This document shows positions 1-8,700 of a stretch of DNA of 33,317 nucleotides, in pieces (the first letter of the stretch is position 1; every line of letters begins with the position of its first letter). Origin of the DNA: a virus (taxonomy: Duplodnaviria; Caudoviricetes); IMG/VR virus record IMGVR_UViG_3300025425_000085, positions 1 to 33,317 of that record; one strand, 5' to 3'. The translations under genes and the position numbers were made by a program. The notes beneath the pieces are model-generated. The model ran no database searches. It saw nothing but the letters and a program-made list of their open reading frames with translations, and had not been told where the DNA came from.

Positions 1-374
1 ATGTTAATAATGTCGATGGCGTCTCCGCCGGGCTTTCCAAAATATCTTGCGGGGTCCTTTAAGCAAAGAAGCTTGTACACGATATATGCACAGGCAACTG
101 TAGAGGTAAAGTCTTTTCCGCTACCCTTTCCCAGCTGGAGGATAACTTCGTTCTTGGTATATTTTTTATAGTAGCGAGTGCCCTCTTCAAAACCCATAAG
201 CTCTACGAGGTCTTCTTTTCTGTAGATCTGACTCATAGCTTCCACAATGTCATACTGACTCTGGGATAAGGTCGGCTGACCAAGATAGTCAGTTCCCTCA
301 ACAAAGGTCTTGGCGTCTACGGGAACCTCTTCGAATGGGCTATCTTGCAGCGCCTCTAAGAAATCATCAAACAT
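1..374 (-). CDS. terL: Terminase large subunit, N-terminal part (runs off the left edge)
   Basis: Not in the ORF track. Manual translation from ATG at 374 (TAATG overlap with the upstream stop): MFDDFLEALQDSPFEEVPVDAKTFVEGTDYLGQPTLSQSQYDIVEAMSQIY...NEVILQLGKGSGKDFTSTVACAYIVYKLLCLKDPARYFGKPGGDAIDIIN. Frame is open to the edge. Walker A GKGSGKD follows a hydrophobic strand, with an upstream adenine-binding Q-like motif (LSQSQ). Confidence 0.88.
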   Translation of the reverse strand, partial: MFDDFLEALQDSPFEEVPVDAKTFVEGTDYLGQPTLSQSQYDIVEAMSQIYRKEDLVELMGFEEGTRYYKKYTKNEVILQLGKGSGKDFTSTVACAYIVYKLLCLKDPARYFGKPGGDAIDIIN

Positions 375-907
375 TATTCGTTCACAATCGTAATGGTCTC
401 TCCTGGCTTGGTTGCCTGGGACAGACGCTTCATAATCTTATCTCGAATCTCTGGGTGCTCAGACGCGACATCCTTTAGAATTTGTATTAAGACTTGCTGG
501 CGCTCTTCGATCTCTACCATTTCTTCTGCTAGCTCCTTGTTCTCAAGAAGACCGGCTTTCTGCAACATGTCTATTCTGGTTCGCTCTAGGTCCATTACCA
601 ACTTGATACCTGCAGTCTTAGCTCCCAGGTTTGCCACCATGGTTGCCTCGTCGATTACTTCATAAGCCTTTGAGATAAGCTTGCTGTAGTGGGTGTCTGC
701 ACCGACAAGAGCTTCCTTAGCTCTAGCACGAATAGCAGCGTTGTCTGAAGCCATGGCTCGCCACTCGTTTAGATAACCCACCACCTTTTGCCTAGGCATA
801 GCTAGCTCTTTAGATATCTGGGTTGGCTCCGATCCAGACAAGTACCTCTCGACAACCTTATTAACGATGTCTAAGTGTTCTACTAGCTGATCCTCAGGGG
901 TTGACAC
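374..907 (-). CDS. Probable terminase small subunit (N-terminal HTH plus helical oligomerisation region)
   Basis: HTH-like EPTQISKELAMPRQKVVGYLNEW followed by a long helical region. Directly upstream of terL with a TAATG overlap. GTG at 907, after AGAGGG, is preferred over the track start at 952. Confidence 0.6.
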   Translation of the reverse strand: MSTPEDQLVEHLDIVNKVVERYLSGSEPTQISKELAMPRQKVVGYLNEWRAMASDNAAIRARAKEALVGADTHYSKLISKAYEVIDEATMVANLGAKTAGIKLVMDLERTRIDMLQKAGLLENKELAEEMVEIEERQQVLIQILKDVASEHPEIRDKIMKRLSQATKPGETITIVNE

Positions 908-1184
908 GCTTCGCCCTCTTACCCCTCTGTGGGACTCTCTTAATTCTATCAATCTTAAATGCTCTAAACTGACAAGGGATTCCTCGGACTAACTCAAAAA
1001 CATCTATCCATGTGCTGCCAGTCTCTGTATTAGTGGTGAGGCCTCGAACCTTAAACTTAGACCCATACTCTCCTCTAACCTTTACAGTATCTCCTGCGCT
1101 TATAACAAACCCGTTGATCTCAAAGCTAGGCTCTGTCTCAAAGATGCTGTGGTGAACTACGCTTGAACGCTTACGTCTAGCCAT
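894..1184 (-). CDS. Hypothetical protein, small basic beta-rich (SH3-like barrel possible)
   Basis: 96 aa, TAATG overlap at 1184. ISAGDTVKVRGE...FKV...TWIDVF pattern suggests a small beta-barrel. Confidence 0.7.
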   Translation of the reverse strand: MARRKRSSVVHHSIFETEPSFEINGFVISAGDTVKVRGEYGSKFKVRGLTTNTETGSTWIDVFELVRGIPCQFRAFKIDRIKRVPQRGKRAKRVNP

Positions 1185-1447
1185 TATACTCTCTCCTTTG
1201 CTATCTTCAATAATACCAGATATCCTATTAAGTCGTCGATGTCATTGTCTCCTGGCCAGTCATGGCCGTTCTGTATCCTAGATAGCTTGTCGTCAATACG
1301 AACCAAGATCTGCTCCACGTTGTCTGACTTGGAGAAGACTCTTGTGGGGTGTAGGGCTGAGTCGCCGTAGGATCGATTCTTAGCCACTAACATATCTTTT
1401 ACCTGATTAGCTACCCGTTCAATATCTTGTTCTGTTTGCACACTCAT
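1184..1447 (-). CDS. DUF1599/Nmad1-like (nucleotide modification-associated domain 1; MazG-like all-alpha fold) protein
   Basis: MLVAKNRSYGDS...ILVRIDDKLSRIQNG...DIDDLIGYLVLL matches the KNxxYG / RxxDKxxR / DxxxY signature. Start revised to ATG 1447 (ATGA overlap with the upstream gene). Confidence 0.75.
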   Translation of the reverse strand: MSVQTEQDIERVANQVKDMLVAKNRSYGDSALHPTRVFSKSDNVEQILVRIDDKLSRIQNGHDWPGDNDIDDLIGYLVLLKIAKERV

Positions 1448-1602
1448 CTGCGTGATTTCCTTAATCCAAATTTTGCTAGGTAGACGTATATAGTTTCTAC
1501 GCTTGCTCCACACTCTTTTGCGATTTGCTCGGGGCTCTTCTTGTCTGTGTGGTATCGCTTGCGCAACCAGTTTTCTGATGTATATAGTTTAGCAGAGGAC
1601 AT
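1444..1602 (-). CDS. Small helix-turn-helix DNA-binding protein
   Basis: WLRKRY...KSPEQIAKECGASVETIYVYLAKFGL is a classic HTH. Start revised to ATG 1602, just after the RuvC-like stop. Confidence 0.78.
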   Translation of the reverse strand: MSSAKLYTSENWLRKRYHTDKKSPEQIAKECGASVETIYVYLAKFGLRKSRR

Positions 1603-1603
1603 A

Positions 1604-2179
1604 TTACTTGTCAACCTTTCCCCAATTATTAATTGCGTAATGACCAATGCCTATTGCATCGGCTACGTCATTATCTGTTACGGACTTATCATAAATAATA
1701 TTAACAACGTTAATAGTTCTTTGTTTCCTAAACTCACGTTCACGGTTCTTGTACCAGGAGGCAGACTTGTTTGGGGTCTCTGCCTGTATCCCAAGCTTTT
1801 CTTCTTTTGTTAGCTTGCCGTTTCCAAGATATATCTGCCAAGTGATTGGGTTAATTGATCCAGCAATCCGGATTCCGTTTTGGGCTGCTGCGCCGAGCAT
1901 GGCACCCTGCACAAGAGCTAGGTCTGCGGCAGTCTTTGGTGAATTAATAAATACAGTATGCTCAATGATTATAGCGTCTATGTCAAATAGTTTAAAGAAC
2001 GATACACACTTCTTTGCAGAGTCAGAAACTTTAGAGTAAGTGCTTACACCTTTAAAGTTTATCTTTCCGCTGTGCGTTAAGGTCTGTCCATCAAAGATAG
2101 CGAATGCCATACTATTGGTACTTGCGTCAATTGAGCAAACTCTTTGTGGCTTAGGATTCATCGCTGATAGGTTTACCAT
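1604..2179 (-). CDS. ruvC: RuvC-like Holliday junction resolvase
   Basis: RNase H-fold acidic residues in the expected order: CSIDASTNSMAFAIF, IIIEH, DNDVADAIGIG, plus LALVQGAM and PITWQ segments. Confidence 0.82.
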   Translation of the reverse strand: MVNLSAMNPKPQRVCSIDASTNSMAFAIFDGQTLTHSGKINFKGVSTYSKVSDSAKKCVSFFKLFDIDAIIIEHTVFINSPKTAADLALVQGAMLGAAAQNGIRIAGSINPITWQIYLGNGKLTKEEKLGIQAETPNKSASWYKNREREFRKQRTINVVNIIYDKSVTDNDVADAIGIGHYAINNWGKVDK

Positions 2180-2456
2180 TGGACATCCCCTTTAGCTCAC
2201 GCAACGTCTTGGATACGATATCTGGGTCGATAGCGCACGTAGAACATATTGAGTCTTCGTTGTATACAGAAAGCTTTGTAGGGCAAGACCTGCAGGTCTT
2301 TAAATTCTTTGCCCTCTTTTTTCTTTTTACAATGGCGTATCGTTCTGATATCTTTTCTTTTGTGGCTTCCTCCCGACATTCTGCGGAGCAGTATATCTGG
2401 TAAGATATGCCAGTAACAAAAGAGTTACCACATCTTTTACAATGTTTTTGGTTCAT
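2151..2456 (-). CDS. Double zinc-finger hypothetical protein
   Basis: CKRC...YCSAEC and CRSC...CSTC, basic linker. Short overlaps with both neighbours. Confidence 0.7.
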   Translation of the reverse strand: MNQKHCKRCGNSFVTGISYQIYCSAECREEATKEKISERYAIVKRKKRAKNLKTCRSCPTKLSVYNEDSICSTCAIDPDIVSKTLRELKGMSNGKPISDES

Positions 2457-3231
2457 CTAAGGGCTCCAGGGACGGTAGTTTGATATCTCCCTGACCAGCC
2501 TCTGCACACGCGGCCTGGATAGGACACGTCTTGCAAATCTTTGAATTAGATCTGTAGTTCTTCTGTGGAAGAGTTTGATCTTCCCAGGCTTTCCGAACTG
2601 ACCTCATCCAATCAAAAGCTGCATTAACCCACTTAATGTAATAATCACTTATCTGTACTGGTATGATCAGTAACTCGTGATTATTTTTGTTTTCATAAAT
2701 AAGAACTGCTTCAGTTCTATTTAAGATCTTCATGTAAAGAAGAAGCTGTATGATGTGACCAGCCTTTGCCTTACCAGTTTTCTTTCTATACTCGAACCCC
2801 TCCATGGGCATGGTCTTGATCTCTCCTAAGAGATCCTTGCCTTCCCAGTTCAGCATGACATCCCCGTAACCAAAAATTGGTGGGTCATCATGTTTTACCT
2901 TAAACTCAGAGTCAATTAAGAAGTCGTCCACGTTCCCCATGGCTTCCTGTATGCGCTCGTGAGCCTTGGTACCGGAGTTCATATTAGCTCCACCGTAAGC
3001 ATCCGCATTGTCTGCGAAGGTCGCACCATTGAAAGCTAAGTACCAATATCTAGGGCACTCCCCATGAGAAAAGGCAATGGTGCTAGGTGCAAAGCTTTTC
3101 TTTGTCTGGAACTTGTCAACACGCTTTACTGTGTAACCGGTTCTTATCTTGTCGATGAGGGCATCGTGGTCCAAGAAGGACCTATTAGCTGCTGCCTTTA
3201 TCATTATCTGACTTAATAAATTGCTTACCAT
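2437..3231 (-). CDS. Cas4-like PD-(D/E)XK exonuclease (solo, phage type)
   Basis: APS...CPRYWY, GTKAHERIQ, YGD...GEIKT, QLLLY and C-terminal CKTCPIQAAC: four-Cys Fe-S staple plus RecB-type nuclease motifs. Confidence 0.88.
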   Translation of the reverse strand: MVSNLLSQIMIKAAANRSFLDHDALIDKIRTGYTVKRVDKFQTKKSFAPSTIAFSHGECPRYWYLAFNGATFADNADAYGGANMNSGTKAHERIQEAMGNVDDFLIDSEFKVKHDDPPIFGYGDVMLNWEGKDLLGEIKTMPMEGFEYRKKTGKAKAGHIIQLLLYMKILNRTEAVLIYENKNNHELLIIPVQISDYYIKWVNAAFDWMRSVRKAWEDQTLPQKNYRSNSKICKTCPIQAACAEAGQGDIKLPSLEPLDEPKTL

Positions 3232-3238
3232 ATTAATA

Positions 3239-3553
3239 CTAGCGAATAATATATTTTAACGCTGCTACAAGACTGTTAATAGACTCTGCTGCAGTGAAGT
3301 ATATATTCTTCTTCGCTCTATCTCCCTTATCTACGTTTACCATCCAAGTGGCCCTAAGTGACATCTTAGCTGCAATTGCTTGCAGCCTTACAATCTCAAT
3401 AGTTGCCACTGGAAGTGGAATATCTGGCTTAATAATTATCTTAGCAACCATTACAAGTGCTGAGGTTAGCTCTTCATCTTGCATGAAGTCTGCTATCTCT
3501 GCCAACCCATTGATCTGCTCTAGTGTGCTTCTGTCTTGGTTACTGGTTTCCAT
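3239..3553 (-). CDS. Hypothetical alpha-helical protein
   Basis: 104-aa ORF filling the gap in the codirectional gene run; TATAAT boxes upstream. Confidence 0.75.
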   Translation of the reverse strand: METSNQDRSTLEQINGLAEIADFMQDEELTSALVMVAKIIIKPDIPLPVATIEIVRLQAIAAKMSLRATWMVNVDKGDRAKKNIYFTAAESINSLVAALKYIIR

Positions 3554-3580
3554 ATTATACCTTTACTCTATTATACACCA
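3554..3580 (-). promoter_or_regulatory. Possible -10 promoter elements upstream of the 104-aa gene
   Basis: Minus strand reads tggtgTATAATagagtaaaggTATAAT-ATG: two TATAAT copies in a 27-bp gap. No clear -35. Confidence 0.4.
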
Positions 3581-4321
3581 TCAGGAGGATGCTGAGGTGA
3601 TCGTGGCAGATGTCATGCTTTTAGTGCTTCGCAACCACTTACCACAATCCATGCACTGGTATCGCTGATAAGTTGCTGTTGAGTTTGTGACTTCACCGCT
3701 TGGTATGAGGGCATAGGACGCACAGTTTGTACATCCTTCTTCTACCCCATCATGTAGCGCACGGTTTGGGTGTGTATTAATCCATGGCTGTAACTTATCG
3801 TAAACATCCAGTAGCAGGTTCACGTCTTGGATCTGATACTTTTTCATCTCTACCCAAGCCTTTTCATCGCCGGCCATGCAGTCCAACCATAGCGAAAACC
3901 CTGAGTGCTTAACCTTGGAACCCACACCAAGGGCTTGCGCAACATAATCCAACTTGTTTGACGGAAACCTAAAGTTTGCCTTGGTGACAGACATGAGGTC
4001 CAAGTCTTTTGTTGGTGAAGGAGGAAGCAGTCCGTTCTCTAGGAACTCTCGATTAATGTGCTTATGGTCAAACCCTGTAGAGTTCCAACCAACCATGACG
4101 TCAGCCTCGTGCATCAGGGAATGAAGCTCCTTAAGCATTTCTTCTTTACCGTCATGATGCAAAGACTTAAACACAACCTTTTTCTTATCTCCCCACCTTG
4201 CACCGAAGCACAACATCTCCGTAGGTTTTACGATTTGTCCGATACTAATATTCTGATCCCAAAGTCCCCACGTGTAAGCAAGGATAGGTGTAGTCTCTAT
4301 ATCTAGAAATAGTGTTTTCAT
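3581..4321 (-). CDS. DnaQ/RNase H-superfamily 3'-5' exonuclease (DEDDy-like) with C-terminal zinc ribbon
   Basis: ExoI LFLDIET, ExoII GWNSTGFD, ExoIII KYQIQD; C-terminal CTNC...CMDC. ATGA overlap at 4318-4321. Confidence 0.85.
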   Translation of the reverse strand: MKTLFLDIETTPILAYTWGLWDQNISIGQIVKPTEMLCFGARWGDKKKVVFKSLHHDGKEEMLKELHSLMHEADVMVGWNSTGFDHKHINREFLENGLLPPSPTKDLDLMSVTKANFRFPSNKLDYVAQALGVGSKVKHSGFSLWLDCMAGDEKAWVEMKKYQIQDVNLLLDVYDKLQPWINTHPNRALHDGVEEGCTNCASYALIPSGEVTNSTATYQRYQCMDCGKWLRSTKSMTSATITSASS

Positions 4322-4605
4322 TTTTGATTCTCCAATAGCTGCTCTAGTAGTGATAGCTCTATGATAGCTAATCTTGTCTTGCGGTTACCGTCGCCCATTA
4401 CTAAGACGAGTGCTGGGTCTGCGTTTGACTTCATGGCATCTGTTACTGCTTTTGCCCAGATGTCTTGGTCTATTCGCATACCCTTTGGATATTCTTTAAA
4501 GTCAACAACAAAGTTTTGCCAAGTGGCATCGCCCTTCTTGTTATTTCTTCCAGAGTTTTTGTGCTGTGTAGCACCAATTCTCTTGGACTCAGATCTCTCG
4601 CTCAT
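4318..4605 (-). CDS. Hjc-like PD-(D/E)XK nuclease / putative Holliday junction resolvase
   Basis: E...NSG...KGD...VVDFKE...W...P.LV layout of a minimal restriction-endonuclease fold, close downstream of recA. Confidence 0.62.
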   Translation of the reverse strand: MSERSESKRIGATQHKNSGRNNKKGDATWQNFVVDFKEYPKGMRIDQDIWAKAVTDAMKSNADPALVLVMGDGNRKTRLAIIELSLLEQLLENQK

Positions 4606-4774
4606 AGTCTCTCTTTGTTTTCTTTATAGTTAATTGTACCTTAGTTAGGTGGTTTTGTCCACACATCCAAGTAAGTTCCGTTACCTCTGGATAATGCCTA
4701 AGTGAGGTCACGGGGTCCTTGCATACATGACAGTTAAACTTTCCGGTGTATGTGCTGTATCGGCTAGAGCCCAT
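4589..4774 (-). CDS. Small zinc-ribbon hypothetical protein
   Basis: CHVC...WMCGQNH. Start revised to ATG 4774 (MGSSRYSTY), overlapping the recA end by 11 nt. Confidence 0.65.
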   Translation of the reverse strand: MGSSRYSTYTGKFNCHVCKDPVTSLRHYPEVTELTWMCGQNHLTKVQLTIKKTKRDYEREI

Positions 4775-5774
4775 TGACCTTGTCCCTAAGCTCTTGCTGA
4801 AGGGCAGAGTCCTCTCTGGCACGCTTTACGAACGCGTCTCTTCCCTGAACCTTTGTACCGTCTGGAAGGATGTACCAAGCACCTGTACGCTCCACATAGC
4901 CCACCATCTCTGCCGTATCTACAAGGTCTCCAATAACATCGATTCCAATAAGGTCTCCCTTATAGTAAAACCCATACTCTCCAGACTCTCCTGGTGCAGA
5001 GGTCTTAGAGTTTTGAACCTCCCAGCGAACTGTCCGACCTAGCTTTTGTTCTATAAGCTTGTCTCCAACTTGAATCTTGCCTTTAATGGCCTGACCATCA
5101 GACGAGGATGAGAACAGCTTTACGATAGTTGAGGAGAAGAACTGAGTTGCATTACCTCCAGTTGGAATAGACTGAGTATACATTGCTGTAATGTTATTCC
5201 TAGCCTGAGAGATAGCAACAATCAGAGCTGGCTTCTCCTGATTATTCGCATAGTTAATCATCATCCAAGCATGCTTTAGGTCCTTTGACTCTGACCCAAT
5301 CTGCTTAGTGTTGTCCAGCTGCTTTAACTCTGTAGAGTCTTTCTCGAAGTATACCGCTGGAAGAAGAGAGCTTATACTATCTATCACAATCATGTCTACG
5401 CCTGCATGCAGCAGGGCTACGACAACATCTACCATGTCGTTGATGCTCCTTGCCTCTGAGTAAATCAGCTGTGTGGGGTCTACCCCTAGCCTCTCAGCCC
5501 ATTCTGCATCGTATGACATCTCTGCATCAACCCAAGCACAAAGTTTTCCTTCTTTTTGTGCCAACCCGATTGTCTGCAAACACAGAGAAGACTTGGCGCT
5601 AGACTTGCTCCCCCAAAGAAGAACCTGTCTGCCATACGGAAACCCACCACCCAAGGCCTTATTAAGACCTGGGCTAGGAGTCTTCTGAAACTCTGTCTTG
5701 ATTCCCACCGCTGGTGCCACCTTCTTTCGTAACTTTGGATCTAATAAAGCTAGAGCCTCATCAATTGTTGTCAT
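4764..5774 (-). CDS. recA: RecA/UvsX-like recombinase
   Basis: TPSPGLNKALGGGFPYGR, variant Walker A GSKSSAKS, WVDAE, Walker B IVIDS, ISQAR, TGGNATQFFSS, GAWY...QGR. GGAGG Shine-Dalgarno upstream. Confidence 0.93.
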   Translation of the reverse strand: MTTIDEALALLDPKLRKKVAPAVGIKTEFQKTPSPGLNKALGGGFPYGRQVLLWGSKSSAKSSLCLQTIGLAQKEGKLCAWVDAEMSYDAEWAERLGVDPTQLIYSEARSINDMVDVVVALLHAGVDMIVIDSISSLLPAVYFEKDSTELKQLDNTKQIGSESKDLKHAWMMINYANNQEKPALIVAISQARNNITAMYTQSIPTGGNATQFFSSTIVKLFSSSSDGQAIKGKIQVGDKLIEQKLGRTVRWEVQNSKTSAPGESGEYGFYYKGDLIGIDVIGDLVDTAEMVGYVERTGAWYILPDGTKVQGRDAFVKRAREDSALQQELRDKVNGL

Positions 5775-8700
5775 GTACGTCCTCCATAATTATTGTTCCA
5801 TCTTTTGTTTTTGCGAAGCTGAAGACATACGAGCTGCCTTCTTTTATTTTCATGTAAGCCTTTGAGAACTGGGTTGGGAACACCGTTACGGGGTGAAGCT
5901 CTCTGGCGGTATCTGCAAGGGTTAGGTATGCCATTTTCTTTCCTGCCTTCGTTACCCGTGATTTAAACGACACAACATACATCTCATCACCCTTAAAAGG
6001 AAGAGTCTTGTAGTTTAAGTATTTAATTAGTGATGACTCCACCTTACCAATGTCGTCAATCTGTATCGCATTAAGAACTCTGTTGTCACTTGCTAGTAAT
6101 AGATAGGTCTTCCCTGGTTCTATAGTCGTCTGCTCGTCGTCAAAGATGCCAACACTACCAGTCTTATCTAGCAACTCTATCCTTGACCATCCAGGTCCCC
6201 TCTTTATACTCTTGACCATGCCCATAAGTATGAAGGATCCCTTGTCGTCAAAGTCTTCAACATCATTAATGAATGCGTGAAAGTGTTGTGGCACAGATAT
6301 ATTAAACTCTGGGAGGTTCAGGAACTCGTAAAGGTTTTCACGAATCTCATCGTCCTTACGAGGGTTGTCTTCGAATGTTGCTGCACCGACTACCCGTAGG
6401 GCCTGCAGGGACCTGCTGTTGACACCACTGCCCTTCTTGGAAGTGAAGGCCTCTAGGTCGCTATAAGACTTGAATGGACGCACTGCTAAAAACTTCTCGG
6501 CAATGTTGTCTGAGATATACTTTATGCCTGTGAGTCCGAACCTGATGCCCTTACCTTCGATCTTGAAGTCAGCATCTGAATCATTGATATGAGGAAGCTT
6601 GATAGATATTCCCATACGCTTAGCCTCAATTAGGTATTCTGTTCTGGCGTCCTTGTCCTTTTCATTCTTAAGGATAGAGTACATAAACTCTAGTGGGTAT
6701 CTATTCTTTAACCATGCTGTCCAATAGGAAAGAGTTGAGTACGCCACGGCGTGAGACTTGTTAAACGAATACCCAGCGTGAGCCTCGAAGTCTGTCCAAA
6801 GGTCTAGTGCAGCATTAGGGCTTAGGTAGTTAGATGCACCCTTTACGAACTTATCCTTGAAGACGTCAAACTCTTTAGCGTCTTTCTTCTTTCCAATAAT
6901 CTTACGAACAGTGTCGGCTTCAGACATACTCATACCGCCTAGGTATACACATGCCTGCATGACCTGCTCCTGATACAAGACACAGCCGTAAGTTTCAGCC
7001 GTAAACTCCTTAAAGACTTTGTGGTGGTAACTAATGCTCTGTCTTCCTTGCTTGCGAGCGATGTAGTCCTTACCAATGGTGTTTGCGGCACCTGGTCGGA
7101 CCAAAGCATTAGAAGCTGCTAGCTCAGAGAAGTTCTTGACGCCCATCTTAACTAGAAGATTTGTATACGGGGTAGCCTCACACTGGAATACCCCCTTGGT
7201 ATACCCGTCTGATAGCATTTTGTAAACATTGGAGTCGTCCATGTCAATTTCTAGTAGGTCAATCTTCTTTCCGTGACGCCCCTCTATTATGTCTAGGGTG
7301 TCTCTTAGGACTGATAGAGTTTTAAGGCCCAAAGCATCGATCTTGATTAGACCAATACGCTCTGCCTCGGTCATGTCTACGGCTACCACAGGGATTCTCT
7401 CCTTAGTTCCAGGAGAGACCCTAGTCTCCATAGGGGCAAACTTGAAGATAGGCTGCTTTGACGTCACAACACCAGCTGCGTGTATGCCAGTCCCACGAAT
7501 TCGTCCACGTAGCTGCTCTCCATAGACCTCAATCTCTGGGTACTTCTCTCTGAACCATTCGGCCTGACGGGATCGGCAATAGTCTTCCCACGTATCAATA
7601 ACCTTTAGGACCTTGTTGACGTCTGTAAGAGGTATATGAAGGACTCTGGCGATGTCTCTGACTACCCCCTTATCTTTGAACTGCAAGAAAGTAGCAATGG
7701 ATGCCACGTGCTTGTACTGCCTTACAAGGTAGTCCTTTACTTCTTCTCTTCGAGAATCCTGGATGTCGGTGTCGATGTCTGGGAAGTCGCTACGCTCAGG
7801 GTTAATGAATCTAAAGAAGAGCAATCCATGAACGATGGGGTCAATGTCTGTAATCTCTAATGCGTAACACAGAAGCGATCCAGCAGAAGAACCTCGACCA
7901 GGACCAACCATGATCCCCTCTTTTTTAGCCCAAGAAATCATAGACCTAACAACGAGAAAGTATGGACCAAAGTTCTTGTCCTGAATAACCTTAAGCTCTT
8001 CGTCTAACCTATCACGATATTCTTGGGAATCAACGCCACGCTTCTTGAGCCCCTGCTCAGCCAGCATCCTCAGCTCGCCATTAGGATCCTGGTACTGAAC
8101 CGGTAGCAAGTCTGCGTAGTCTTCTATCTCGTAGTCCTGAACCTTATCGGCAACTTCTTGGGTTGCAGTGTACATGTCTTCTCGGTCAACACCTTGTGAA
8201 ACCATAGCAGAACGCATCTCTTCATCAGATAGAAGATGAATATCAAACTTAGCGAATGATATTTGGCGTTCGCCGTACAGGTAATCTAGTCTATCCATTA
8301 GGCTGTCATGCTTTAAAGACTTGTTGTAAGTAACATCCTTCTGTACTTTATTAGAGTAGCTGTTAAGGATAAGCTTAAGCTCCTGAATTTCTTTTTGCCC
8401 CGCATCAGCATGGTGACAGTCTGGGGTGATGATTGGGGTTACGTTGTACTGGTCTGCCAAAGCTAGAAGCTGCTTGTTAACAGCCTCCCCGTTGTGTGGC
8501 ATAACCTCAATGTAGTAGTCGTCCTTGAAGACCCTCTTGTGCCACTCAATAATAGTTTTTGCTTCCGCAAGCTCTTCTGCCTCAATAGCTTTTGCTAGAG
8601 CACCAGAGAGGCATCCGGAAAGAACGATTAGGCCTTCCGCATATTTCTCTAACACCTCGTAGTCAATACGTGGCTTCTTGAAGAAACCTTCTGTCCAAGC

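Noticed and set aside
1604-2456. RuvC-like gene plus adjacent zinc finger as TnpB/Cas12-like or a transposon
   Set aside because: The RuvC-like protein is only 191 aa with a contiguous resolvase layout. No transposase, terminal repeats or non-coding space for a guide RNA.
2437-3231. Cas4-like gene as evidence of a CRISPR-Cas system
   Set aside because: No cas1/cas2, no effector genes and no repeat-spacer array. Solo Cas4-like nucleases are common in phage replication modules.
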